From the NCBI GenBank assembly GCA_943789245.1, contig CALSTK010000004.1:15758-79757 (forward strand): 64,000 nt of DNA, read 5' to 3'. Made by a program: the position numbers and the translations under genes. The DNA is from an uncultured Luminiphilus sp. (GTDB lineage: Bacteria > Pseudomonadota > Gammaproteobacteria > Pseudomonadales > Halieaceae). Below are positions 25,931 through 35,801 of the stretch, in pieces (the stretch's first letter is position 1; every line of letters begins with the position of its first letter). A model generated the notes under the pieces. That model had not been told where the DNA came from. It saw only the letters and a program-made list of their open reading frames with translations, and ran no database searches.

Positions 25931-27043
25931 TTACAGAGGGCTTGGGACGATCAGCACTTTACCGTTCCTGCCACCTTGCTTCGATCGTGTAACGGCTTGC
26001 TTAATCTCATCGATCGTAAAGCGCGAATCGATGTCGGCTTTTAAAGTGCCGTTTACAATGAGCGGAATCACCTGCCCAAAGGCCGCTTGCTTCTCTTGCA
26101 TGCTCGCCGTCTGATACCACTTATACAACCAGAATCCGCGCAGGCGACTGTCATTGCCAATGAGCATGCCTGTATTCAGAGTGGCGGGGCGTCCGGAAAG
26201 CACCCCAAAGGTGACCAGCGTGCCTCCGTAACCGAGGCTGTCATAAAGTCGAGCGAAGGTGTCGCCACCCACAGGATCCAGCGCTAAGACAATCGGCGCA
26301 TTGTTGGTTGCTTTGGCAATGTCAGCCGCTAAATTAGGCCCGTCAATGAGGACAACATCTGCGCCTTTGGCCATTAACTCTTCCGCCAAACCCTCTCGGC
26401 GAACAATATTGACAGTTTTAATGCCCCGCTGTTTGGCCAGCTGAATGACGTAACCCCCGACGGCAGAGTTTGCCGCACTCTGTGCAATCCATTGACCCTC
26501 TGCCACATCGGTGTACGCGGTCAGCATAAGAAGTGCAGTCAGCGGATTAACCGCCGCCATGGCCAGCTGCTCAATGACATCCGCACCAACAGGGCCAAGA
26601 TCAGGAAGCGGCAGAAAGCCTGCTGCCGGAGCGACTAGTTCTTCCGCCCACGCACTCCCACTTGCAAGAAGAACCAGTTGCCCGACCTTTAGCGCCTGAA
26701 CGTCTGCAGATACTTCGGTAACACGACCGATACCCTCGCTGCCGGGACGTGCGGGCAATACCGGGTCGACTCCATAATTACCCGCAATCTGCAGGAGATC
26801 GGAAGGGTTAATGGGGGAGGCAAGTACTTTGACGCGGACGTCGCCTGGGCGTAAGGCAGCCGATGCCTCTGTTTTTACTTCAAGCACCGTCGCAGGGTCG
26901 CCCATCTGGCTAAAGCCAACGTGCTTTACTTGAGTACCCTCATGGGTCGCACCCGAGTGATGGCCTGCCGAAGCAAACGCGCTGAAGCCAAGAAGAAACG
27001 CCAACAAGGTAGTCTTTACGGTATTGTTCATAATCAATTCCAT
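25931..27043 (-). CDS. medium-chain dehydrogenase/reductase (quinone oxidoreductase / enoyl reductase type) with an N-terminal signal-like hydrophobic segment
   Basis: 370 aa with INPSDLLQIAGNYG, PGSEGIGRV and AANSAVGGYVIQLAK (MDR without structural-zinc Cys residues). The N-terminus NNTVKTTLLAFLLGFSAFASAGHH looks like a Sec signal. Confidence 0.75.
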   Translation of the reverse strand: MELIMNNTVKTTLLAFLLGFSAFASAGHHSGATHEGTQVKHVGFSQMGDPATVLEVKTEASAALRPGDVRVKVLASPINPSDLLQIAGNYGVDPVLPARPGSEGIGRVTEVSADVQALKVGQLVLLASGSAWAEELVAPAAGFLPLPDLGPVGADVIEQLAMAAVNPLTALLMLTAYTDVAEGQWIAQSAANSAVGGYVIQLAKQRGIKTVNIVRREGLAEELMAKGADVVLIDGPNLAADIAKATNNAPIVLALDPVGGDTFARLYDSLGYGGTLVTFGVLSGRPATLNTGMLIGNDSRLRGFWLYKWYQTASMQEKQAAFGQVIPLIVNGTLKADIDSRFTIDEIKQAVTRSKQGGRNGKVLIVPSPL

Positions 27044-27123
27044 TAGCCGTTATTCGTCCGTTTTAGTCCAAAGTGAGTCGGCTCGTCGATAAGACGACCG
27101 ATGCAAAATAAAAAATCTATAGT

Positions 27124-28455
27124 TCATTTATCGAGCTCTCTCGAGAATCTGACGTCGCGTCGAGGATAGACTCGGGGATCGTCGCGCTCAAACCAACGTC
27201 CGAGATAGATACCCACGACTGACCACAGTGCGGCAATACCGGCACCGACCACGGCAACAGCGGCTAATCCGAGCCCCAAACCTTGGGTCAATCCGGTGAA
27301 TAACCAGGCCATGAGCATGTCGCCACCGCGGTACGCGACAACGTCGATAACCGGTTTTGCCTTAAATCGTGTTTCACGATCAACGCGCGTAAACAGCATT
27401 TCGCGAGCAGGTCGAGTCACAGCATAGTTCCCGGCACGACGCACAATTTGAAGCACCACGACTGCGCCTAAAAAGGGCGAAATAGCCAGCACAAGTAGCC
27501 CTATACAAATCAGGACAGGTACCAGTGCGATGGTGACCGGCATGCCGAATTTACTCACAATCCGGCCGGTGACCAGCAGCCCCGTAGAAATCGACAAGAT
27601 ATTAACGGCGAGGTCCATTTGTGCCCAAATCGCCGTGCGCTCGGGCCGGGTAAGCTCACTGAGTAAGTTTTTGAGCTCGAAGTAAACAAAGGAGCTGATG
27701 CCGGTATAAAGGAAAATAAACAACCCAATGCAGAGTAAGTACGGGTTTGAAAAGAAGGCTTTGAAGCCGGCAAGCGGGTTCCCACCAATGGCTTGCGGAG
27801 TCGTTGTTTTTGGCAATACGTGATCACCCGGCGCCGTTAATTTCAGCGCCTGCAAATGAAAGATAATCGGTATGGTCAGGAGCAGCATGACGCTAGCGAT
27901 CAACATTAAGTTGTCGGTGCCTAGCGATGCAGAGAAAAATGCGGGGATGGATGGACCTACGAGCCCCCCCACACTTGCGCCCGCCGCGATGACACCAAAG
28001 AGCCTCCCTGACTGCTCCTTACTGAACAGCTCTGACATGAAACTCCAAAAGACAGAGATGTGAAACAGACTAAAGACACTGACCCAGACGTAAAATGATT
28101 TATCAATTAACGTTCGGTCAGCGGAGAAAGAACCCAGTACGTAAAATGACACGAACGACGCTGCGAAAATGCCGTAGGTCGCAGGAACAAGGAGTTTGAA
28201 ACGAAATCGTGAGACCGCAGCGCCGTAGAGCGCAACAACACCGGTACTGATAAAGAAGTTCAGTGTCCACAACCAACTGACTTCAGCGTCGCTCCAGTCA
28301 CTCGCCATGGCGTCGCGCACAGGACGCAGAATGTAATAGGCCGACATCAGCACCACAACAAACAAGAATGAACTTACCACTGCGTTGAGCTCTCGCTCTT
28401 TAACCAGGGAGGCAGACCTCAGAAAGGCCAGTATCGGGTTATCACTCGCGTTCAT
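27124..28455 (-). CDS. MFS-fold transporter resembling the TLC/Npt (ATP:ADP antiporter-like) family
   Basis: 443 aa with about 12 TM segments. The N-terminal signature ERELNAVVSSFLFVVVLMSAYYILRPVRDAM resembles the E..K...F....Y.iLR..KD motif of PF03219-type transporters. Confidence 0.5.
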   Translation of the reverse strand: MNASDNPILAFLRSASLVKERELNAVVSSFLFVVVLMSAYYILRPVRDAMASDWSDAEVSWLWTLNFFISTGVVALYGAAVSRFRFKLLVPATYGIFAASFVSFYVLGSFSADRTLIDKSFYVWVSVFSLFHISVFWSFMSELFSKEQSGRLFGVIAAGASVGGLVGPSIPAFFSASLGTDNLMLIASVMLLLTIPIIFHLQALKLTAPGDHVLPKTTTPQAIGGNPLAGFKAFFSNPYLLCIGLFIFLYTGISSFVYFELKNLLSELTRPERTAIWAQMDLAVNILSISTGLLVTGRIVSKFGMPVTIALVPVLICIGLLVLAISPFLGAVVVLQIVRRAGNYAVTRPAREMLFTRVDRETRFKAKPVIDVVAYRGGDMLMAWLFTGLTQGLGLGLAAVAVVGAGIAALWSVVGIYLGRWFERDDPRVYPRRDVRFSRELDK

Positions 28456-28624
28456 TACTGTTCCCTTGGTCGACCCCTATAAAAGCACTGATAGGACACG
28501 ACTGTGCTGGCGCCATTAGTCTTCTCGTCAGCGCTTTCACTATTCTTATACGTTGTAATGCCCTGATAAACCGCCTGATTCGTAAAGCGTTATTGTCATA
28601 AAGACAATAGTAGTGTTGTGAGCC

Positions 28625-29650
28625 TTAATGACGCGGGGGTCCCGGGAAAAACCGATTGGTTCGCTGCTGATAGGCGGCATAGTCAGGGCGCTTTTGCGCT
28701 GAGAAGTGCTCCGACGGAACGGCGCCAGTGGTGTATACCAGCGTGACATACATCATCCGAGAAGCGAACAGTAATGCCACCCCCAACAACGCCCAAACCA
28801 GCACGCCTTCAGTGGTGCGTAATACCAACCAAGAAGGTACTGCAGCGACGATAAGGCCATTCCATACCATCCACTCGGCAAAATAGTTCGGGTGTCGGCA
28901 GTAACGCCACAATCCAACATTACACACTTGGCGCTGCTTACCCTGCTTCTTCATATCCTTTAAAAAAGCCAATTTCTGCATGTCTGCCACCGTTTCCATG
29001 ACAAACGAGAGCCCCCAAATCAACAGACCCGCCAGCTCAAACACAGACAACACAGGGCTTTGGTTGGACGCAATGACGAACACCGGCAACGCCAAAAACG
29101 ACGCGTTGGCCAAACCCTGCGAGAGGGCGTCAACCTGCAACGCCAATTGAGTATTGGTTTTCCCCTCTTGTTCCCAACGGATACGTTGGTACTGATAACG
29201 AGGAAACTCCTTTTCCAATAGCCCCATTCGCCACATGTTTAAGGCGCCAAAACCCATCCTCAAACCCACCAATACGACTACTGCGCTCACCGTCAAAGAA
29301 CGAAGCCAGTAACCGTCACTGAGCCAGAAGCTGATCACCCCAAGAAGTACGAGTCCCCAAGGCCAACCAATATCCACGTAACTCATGCGCTCAGTTCGCC
29401 ATATGGGAAGGCAGACGACCAAACCAAAGAACAACAACTGACTCAAGCCATTGATAAGACCTAGGGCTGAGTAGGACGTACTCATGAGAATCAGCGCCCA
29501 TCCGAGCAGAAATGGGTATAGCGGTGAAAAATACTTCATGAGACTTTGCTTCCTGTCGTCGAATTGCTGTCGATAGTGTTTTCGCCAACGCAACCCCAAG
29601 AGCGGGTCAAAACGCGAAAGCGCATTGTTTTTATATTCATCTGAAGGCAC
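28625..29650 (-). CDS. DUF1295 / steroid-5-alpha-reductase-like membrane protein
   Basis: Polytopic, with a C-terminal GLWRYCRHPNYFAEWMVW motif (the RHPNYFGE signature of DUF1295/ICMT-like enzymes). The real start may be the Met at 29539 (MKYFSPLYPF). Confidence 0.6.
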   Translation of the reverse strand: MPSDEYKNNALSRFDPLLGLRWRKHYRQQFDDRKQSLMKYFSPLYPFLLGWALILMSTSYSALGLINGLSQLLFFGLVVCLPIWRTERMSYVDIGWPWGLVLLGVISFWLSDGYWLRSLTVSAVVVLVGLRMGFGALNMWRMGLLEKEFPRYQYQRIRWEQEGKTNTQLALQVDALSQGLANASFLALPVFVIASNQSPVLSVFELAGLLIWGLSFVMETVADMQKLAFLKDMKKQGKQRQVCNVGLWRYCRHPNYFAEWMVWNGLIVAAVPSWLVLRTTEGVLVWALLGVALLFASRMMYVTLVYTTGAVPSEHFSAQKRPDYAAYQQRTNRFFPGPPRH

Positions 29651-29815
29651 GCCAACTCAGCGGATGAAAAGCCGGTTTAGTCCCGTATTCTGTCACTCAA
29701 TGACGTTGGCTAAAGTTCTTTGAACTTAACTAACGCGCGCAAGCCCAGAATTTAAGCTTTTAGCCAAAGGATCTGTCTCGCCGGTAGCAGGAAGGAAACG
29801 GAAATAGGTCAGGCC

Positions 29816-30196
29816 TCAGTCAACCCAAATCGCGATCCCACGGACGAATTCAACTTCATTAGACGTTACGATCGTGCCGCCGCCTGAGGTTGAGGCAGTG
29901 CCCATTTCAGCGGAGGTAGCGCGACGCGTAATAACGAGTGCATTTGCACCTACTTTCGCGGCTCGTTTCTTCAGCTCGCCCACGGCATGATCAAGGTCGC
30001 GTCGCCGAGAAAAACCAGAGTCTGATGATGCTTTTACCACCGCTATCCTCTGTGCGCCCAAAGGAACCGTGCTCAAAACTCTGACGGTCTTGTAGTCAGC
30101 AATAGCGGGTCGTCGCTCTCCCGTCGTGTGCATTGGATCCGATGCACACCCTTGAAGAAGAGCAGTCAGAAAAATGATGATCGCATAACGTCTCAT
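29816..30196 (-). CDS. small lipoprotein of unknown function
   Basis: 126 aa. Lipobox within MRRYAIIIFLTALLQGCAS. The segment ELKKRAAKVGANALVI is typical of small outer-membrane stress lipoproteins (RcsF/DUF-type). Confidence 0.55.
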   Translation of the reverse strand: MRRYAIIIFLTALLQGCASDPMHTTGERRPAIADYKTVRVLSTVPLGAQRIAVVKASSDSGFSRRRDLDHAVGELKKRAAKVGANALVITRRATSAEMGTASTSGGGTIVTSNEVEFVRGIAIWVD

Positions 30197-30295
30197 AATG
30201 CGATTCTAACCCAACAAAGGCAGCGGCCGTGACTCTGCGGCTCATGGGGGTGAAAAAGCGTTAAAACGCGGTGCTTTGACCCGGTTTTTGTGTCT

Positions 30296-32371
30296 CTAAA
30301 ACGCGCCTTCTACAGTCAATGTGTAGGAGTAACCATAACGTCGACTGCGCGTCTCAGAGAATAGGACCTGATCAGTCAATCGGTCAGCGTAGATGGTCCG
30401 CCGGTATCGATTTTTTGACTCTATTAAGTTCCAAATATTGGCCCTTATTGTGAGTCCTTTCACGTCTTTATTTTCCACATAAAAATTAACGATTCCCGGG
30501 CTTTTATTGTAAAAACTGACCTCGTCAATTCTCACGCCGCGTGTCGTTTCGTCATAGTCTATTGAGGCGCCCAAGGCCCAAGACGTGCCCTCAAAATCCT
30601 GTCGAAATCCGAGGTTGTAGGACTTGTAAAATTCGTCGCTTATTTTTCTCTTTTTTCCCAGTATGGGATCAATGACATTGGAGTTCATGTACCCCAGTGA
30701 GAGATCCACACGCCCCCCGCTCCAAAGCCGTTCGTCACTCAATAACGTGGCATCAAAAAAACCTCCGTAGAGATTAGCACTGTCGATATTCCCGGGGGCT
30801 TGACCACCACCCTCAATCGGAATGCCGTCCACAATGTCTTCAGCGTCCTCGTAAAACAGGCTGAGCGTCAGGTTGCCACGCGTTCCCAGCGATTGTTGAG
30901 CCTCAAGCTTTAGGTTCCAAGCTTGCGGGGGCACTAGGTCAACATTGGAAACGTTCTCGCGTCCCAAATTAACGTCAACCGAGGCTATGAAGTCAAAAAA
31001 GCTCAGCTGATCCACCAGGCGCTCAAGCTTTGCAGACAGAAAAAGTGTATCGCTAGGCTTGTAGTTCAGCGCGAAAAATCCCTTAGGACGAACGAAATCC
31101 CGCGTCACATCTGAGCTGCCGGTCTGCCTAATCTCTGAATACTCAGCGCCTAGGGTTGCCTGAAGGGTCAGCCGCTCACCAAGTCGTTTACTGACATTGA
31201 GTGTTGACTCTGCGCGGGTCTCTTCCACCCTGGAGTTAGCACCCGTGAGATTCACTGGGCTTAGTTCGCCCTGTATGTTCAGCTCGTCGAGCTGAGAGGT
31301 AATGTCGAGGTAGTTCTCGGTCCCTTCAAGTGACCAACGCCACTGACTATCCAATGCAGTGAACGCAAATTCAGCCCTTAAGATCGACTCCGCCTCATCG
31401 GCTTGGCGCGAGAAAACAGAGCCCGCGACAGCCCCCGAGGCAAAAGATGTTGTGGTGCGATCGACCGTGGGACTGGACTCGAATCGATGCAGCCCCATCA
31501 GCTTGAGTCGCCCAGCGCCAACAGCAAACTCGTAATCCGTTCCAATCTCGAAGTTGTACTCATCCTCTGACTGTTTCAGCGCACGTGTATTGGCATCGGG
31601 CGTTTCTGCTCGGCGCGCGGACTCCTCCGTTACGTTGGAATAATAGCCATTCACTTCACCCACGAGGTTAAAGACACTCCCGGAGGCTGTTTCTTTCGAG
31701 TAAGAGCCTGAAAGATTGGGCCTGTCGAATAACCGACGACTTGACTCAAAACGGTTGTCAGTAATCTCGCCCGTTGAGTCCCTCACCACTTCAAACCCCG
31801 ACTCGGCAAAGGCACGCTGCTCGTTAGCTACGCTCAAGGTCCACTCTGAGTCACCGCTCCCACCGGTGATCGCGACACTGAATTCACGCAGGCGTTTCTC
31901 GGTGTTGGGGCCACTCGGACGAACCCTCGGGGAGTAACGGTACAAACCCGTTATCTTTTTATCAGCGTCAGTAATGACGTTGACGACTTGCCCCGACATA
32001 CCGCCGATATCAAGACTGGCGCCGTCCAAAATTTCAATCCGTATGACGCTTTCCACCGAAAGTCGCTCTAGCGCTTGCGTCGGACCGTTAGACTTTCCCG
32101 ATATGCGACGCCCGTTAATAAGAACGTTAGTATCCGCCTGACCAAAACCACGGTCACCTCCGCCCTCGTTAACGCTAAATCCAGGAATTTGTCTGACCAA
32201 GTCGAACGCCGACCGAGGAGCAAACTGTGCAAAATCGCTCGGCAGATAGGTCTGCCGAACACCTTCCGACTGGCTGGCAGATGCCTCGAGTGTCAAAGCC
32301 TCTGCCGCAAGAAACAATAAGCTGAGTGCAAAGCACAGGGACTTGACGTCAGTGGACGGTATTAAAGGCAT
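30296..32371 (-). CDS. TonB-dependent receptor
   Basis: 691 aa with a signal peptide, plug motifs (IPGFSVNEGGGDRGFGQADTNVLINGRR, RIEILDGAS), a long beta-barrel with alternating residues, and a terminal F (TVEGAF). Confidence 0.85.
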   Translation of the reverse strand: MPLIPSTDVKSLCFALSLLFLAAEALTLEASASQSEGVRQTYLPSDFAQFAPRSAFDLVRQIPGFSVNEGGGDRGFGQADTNVLINGRRISGKSNGPTQALERLSVESVIRIEILDGASLDIGGMSGQVVNVITDADKKITGLYRYSPRVRPSGPNTEKRLREFSVAITGGSGDSEWTLSVANEQRAFAESGFEVVRDSTGEITDNRFESSRRLFDRPNLSGSYSKETASGSVFNLVGEVNGYYSNVTEESARRAETPDANTRALKQSEDEYNFEIGTDYEFAVGAGRLKLMGLHRFESSPTVDRTTTSFASGAVAGSVFSRQADEAESILRAEFAFTALDSQWRWSLEGTENYLDITSQLDELNIQGELSPVNLTGANSRVEETRAESTLNVSKRLGERLTLQATLGAEYSEIRQTGSSDVTRDFVRPKGFFALNYKPSDTLFLSAKLERLVDQLSFFDFIASVDVNLGRENVSNVDLVPPQAWNLKLEAQQSLGTRGNLTLSLFYEDAEDIVDGIPIEGGGQAPGNIDSANLYGGFFDATLLSDERLWSGGRVDLSLGYMNSNVIDPILGKKRKISDEFYKSYNLGFRQDFEGTSWALGASIDYDETTRGVRIDEVSFYNKSPGIVNFYVENKDVKGLTIRANIWNLIESKNRYRRTIYADRLTDQVLFSETRSRRYGYSYTLTVEGAF

Positions 32372-32645
32372 GCGGGACTATGTTTACTCACAACAGACTC
32401 GTTTTACTCGCAACAGGCTCGGGCGCGCGAATTATGCACAAGACCTAGAGCTTTGGCGACCACCCGGCCTGTCTAATGATTGGCAAAAAGACTATGCACG
32501 AGAAATCGCACTCGCTACTGAATACAGCATTCAGCCGAATTGGATCACTGTGACGCCCCGACTGGCTTTAGACGCCTTTGCCTAGGTGTCAAACCCACAT
32601 CGCAAGCACGTCCTAGCTGCTTTGCTCGCGGCGATGGGTCAGAGA

Positions 32646-33644
32646 CTAGAGCTTCACGATAAGCTTGCCTCGATTACCCCCAGTGAAGAACAAGTTGAGT
32701 CCGTCAATTGCCGATTCCAAACCGTCGAGGACGTGGCTACGGTATTTAACCTTGCCGGACATGACGTAAGGTGCAAGCTGCTCAAGTAAACTCGGAATTT
32801 CGTCGTAATGATCAGGGACGGTAAACCCTCGGATTGTGAGCCTCTTTTTAACCATTGGAATCCAGTTGGGTCCCGCCGAGGGCTCAGACGCGATGTAGTC
32901 AGAGATCATGCCGCAAACGACAATGCGTCCGTGCGCATTCATGCGATCAAAGACCGCATGCTGAATGGCGCCACCGGTGTTTTCAAAGTAGATATCAACA
33001 CCCTTAGGCGTCAGCTCAGCAAGCTTTGCAGCGACATCTTCAGTCTTGTAATTTACAGCGCCGTCAAAGCCCAAGTCGTCAACAAGCCAGCGGCATTTTT
33101 CATCATCACCGGCAACACCAATAACGTGCAATCCGTCGGCCTTCGCCAACTGTCCCACCAGCGAGCCGACGGATCCTGCGGCGCCACTGACCACTAGCGT
33201 CTCTCCGGCTTTTGGGTCACCAAAACCGTACAAGCCTTTCATGGCAGTTATCCCCGGCAGCGCAAAAATGGACAGCACCGTCTCTTCGTCCACGCCATCG
33301 GGCACACCACTCAAACCCGTGCCGTCACTTAAGTAAAACTCCGTCCACCCCATCATTCCACGAACGCGGTCGCCCACCGCAAAGTCAGGATGTCGGCTTT
33401 CAACGACCAGGCCGATGCCTGAAGAGCGCATGACCTCCCCCAAACCTACCGGCGGTACATAGCTTTCCTCATCAGGGCTCATCCAACCAATCATTGCGGG
33501 ATCCAGCGACATGTGCGTCTGCTTAACAAGAACCTCGCCTTGACCCGCGACGGGAACGTTCTCAGTCACGACGTCGAAAAGATTAGGCGTAATGGGACCA
33601 GGCTTAGGTCTGGCGACAAGATTAATCTTTGTGTACTGGCTCAT
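32646..33644 (-). CDS. NADP-dependent alkenal/one oxidoreductase (MDR, CurA/YncB/LTB4-dehydrogenase type)
   Basis: 332 aa with VSGAAGSVGSLVGQLAK, FENTGG and a C-terminal NRGKLIVKL, typical of this subfamily. Confidence 0.85.
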   Translation of the reverse strand: MSQYTKINLVARPKPGPITPNLFDVVTENVPVAGQGEVLVKQTHMSLDPAMIGWMSPDEESYVPPVGLGEVMRSSGIGLVVESRHPDFAVGDRVRGMMGWTEFYLSDGTGLSGVPDGVDEETVLSIFALPGITAMKGLYGFGDPKAGETLVVSGAAGSVGSLVGQLAKADGLHVIGVAGDDEKCRWLVDDLGFDGAVNYKTEDVAAKLAELTPKGVDIYFENTGGAIQHAVFDRMNAHGRIVVCGMISDYIASEPSAGPNWIPMVKKRLTIRGFTVPDHYDEIPSLLEQLAPYVMSGKVKYRSHVLDGLESAIDGLNLFFTGGNRGKLIVKL

Positions 33645-33771
33645 ATCTGTCCTCTCACATTTGAGTCACTGCGGTAAAACGAAGTATTACGCACAAGAAT
33701 AGGTCGATATATACGCATTAAATGGATTAACCTTTGTCGATTAGACAAAATTGGGGTTTCAAACGACAACT

Positions 33772-34689
33772 ATGAACCAGCTTCTCGCGCTTAAATATTT
33801 TTGTAAGGTGGTGGAATCCGGAAGTTTTACGGGCGCTGCCAACGCCTTTTCCGTACCACCCTCATCAATATCCCGGCGAATATCTGACCTCGAGACCAGC
33901 CTGGGAACGAACCTACTCAAGCGCAGTACCCGAGTGGTCAAACCCACTGAAATCGGCCAAATCTACTTTGAGCAAGTCAGCGAGATACTGCGTCAGCTCG
34001 ACCAGAGCACTGAGTCCGTCAAAAGTTACCAGACAACCCCAATGGGGCACCTGAGAATAAGCAGCATGGTAAGTTTTGGCGAGCAGCTCTTGTGCCCACT
34101 TCTGGACGAATTCACCACCCGCTATCCTGAAATTGTCCTCGACGTCAGCCTCTCCGATGAGTTGTCTTCGCTGGCGAATGATGACGTTGATGTTGCCATT
34201 AGAGGGGGATACGCACCCGATGAGCATGTTCATGCGATCCGATTGATGCCGAATGAGTTTATCCCGGTCGCATCACCCGCCTACTTAGCAATCGCAGGAA
34301 CACCCACTAGCGGATTTGAATTGCGCGAACACCCCGGCCTCTTTTTTAGAACCCCAAGAGGGCCTTCGCCATGGTTGTTAAAAACAGACGACCAATGGCA
34401 CGACGTCTCAGGCAAAGCCATGGTCGTGTCAAATAATGCGAAATGGCTGATGGAGCTTGGTCTGGCCGGCAAAGGCATCATGATGGCACCGAGGTGGTCC
34501 GCTCACCGTTATCTTCAAAGCGGTCAGTTGGTTGAGCTACTCGAGGAGAGCGAGTTAAGTGTCAGTCAAAATCAGGAGCTGGCTATTTATTTGCTGTACC
34601 AGAAGCCACGTTACTTGGTGCCTAAGGTGAAAGCGTTTGTGGACTTTTTGACCGAGCGACTAATGACCCCAGACGGCAATGGTCTTTGA
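33772..34689 (+). CDS. LysR-family transcriptional regulator
   Basis: MNQLLALKYFCKVVESGSFTGAANAFSVPPSSISRRISDLE HTH. The start was moved from the TTG at 33751 to the ATG at 33772. It is divergent from the oxidoreductase at 32646-33644. Confidence 0.85.
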   Translation: MNQLLALKYFCKVVESGSFTGAANAFSVPPSSISRRISDLETSLGTNLLKRSTRVVKPTEIGQIYFEQVSEILRQLDQSTESVKSYQTTPMGHLRISSMVSFGEQLLCPLLDEFTTRYPEIVLDVSLSDELSSLANDDVDVAIRGGYAPDEHVHAIRLMPNEFIPVASPAYLAIAGTPTSGFELREHPGLFFRTPRGPSPWLLKTDDQWHDVSGKAMVVSNNAKWLMELGLAGKGIMMAPRWSAHRYLQSGQLVELLEESELSVSQNQELAIYLLYQKPRYLVPKVKAFVDFLTERLMTPDGNGL

Positions 34690-34885
34690 AGACCGGGGCT
34701 TTGTTTCTGACGCTTGGGCCACTCAGTCCGTGCATCTATAGTCCACACTCACCATTTTCTAACCCCTCGTTTTTATCGTATGGTTAGCCGACGTCGGACG
34801 TCTGCAATAACTCAGTTTTTGCGCGTACAAGGAGTGATGGTGTTCTGCGCGAACCGATCGTTGCTTCACATAGGAGACAGACACA

Positions 34886-35719
34886 ATGAGCGATCCAGCC
34901 ATGATCATCACCACCCAAGACGACCGGGTGCTCACCATCACCCTCAACCGCCCGGATGATCTGAATCCACTGTCGTGGCAAGTCCTTAATGAGATTGCTG
35001 ATGTATTGGACAACGCCCTTCACGACGAGAGTGTGGGTGTCATTGTCATAGGCGCCGCAGGCAAGGCTTTTTCAACAGGCTATGACCTTCGCGAGGCGCA
35101 CTGGATAACCTCACAATATCCAGCCAACTTTGACGATCACGTCGATATACGAAAAGACAGGGACGACGTCCACGTGATCGTCGATTACTGGATGAAGTTA
35201 TGGCGCTACCCTAAACCGATAATCGCCAAGGTGCAGGGTGATTGTCTGTCGGGAGCGGGGGAGTTGCTTGGCGTCTGTGACATTGCCATTGTCAGCGAGC
35301 ACGCACGGTTCGGACATCCCGCGGGCCGCGATCTTGGCATTCCCCCATCAATTATGTTTTGGCCAATGCTCATTGGTTATCGAAAAACCAAGGAGTTGCT
35401 TTACACCGCGCGGCTCATCAGTGCCCGGGAAGCCCAAAATATTGGCTTAGTCACTGAGGTCGTGGCTCACGATAAACTCGATGAGACAGTGGCCATTATG
35501 GCTGCGCACATCGCCCGCGCGCCCAGCGATAATCTGTCGATACTCAAAGAAGTATCCAATACCTGGTTTGAAAATATGGGCATGGAGCCGTCGATTCGAC
35601 GTGGCGCCGATCTCGATGCGGTCTACCATCAATTCGACAGTTTCAAAGACTTTTTTCGAACGCTGCGAAAGCACGGGGTCAAGGCCGCCTTTAAGAAGCG
35701 TCGCGACCTTTACGGATAA
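34886..35719 (+). CDS. enoyl-CoA hydratase/isomerase (crotonase) family protein
   Basis: 277 aa with ITLNRPDDLNPLS, GAAGKAFSTGYDL and KPIIAKVQGDCLSGAGELLGVCDIAI. Confidence 0.8.
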   Translation: MSDPAMIITTQDDRVLTITLNRPDDLNPLSWQVLNEIADVLDNALHDESVGVIVIGAAGKAFSTGYDLREAHWITSQYPANFDDHVDIRKDRDDVHVIVDYWMKLWRYPKPIIAKVQGDCLSGAGELLGVCDIAIVSEHARFGHPAGRDLGIPPSIMFWPMLIGYRKTKELLYTARLISAREAQNIGLVTEVVAHDKLDETVAIMAAHIARAPSDNLSILKEVSNTWFENMGMEPSIRRGADLDAVYHQFDSFKDFFRTLRKHGVKAAFKKRRDLYG

Positions 35720-35801
35720 AAAAGATTGGCAAGTTAGCAACACCACCTGATCAACGTGGTCACTGGACTTAAAATACTCGCGGCATCACTGAGACACTTA
35801 C

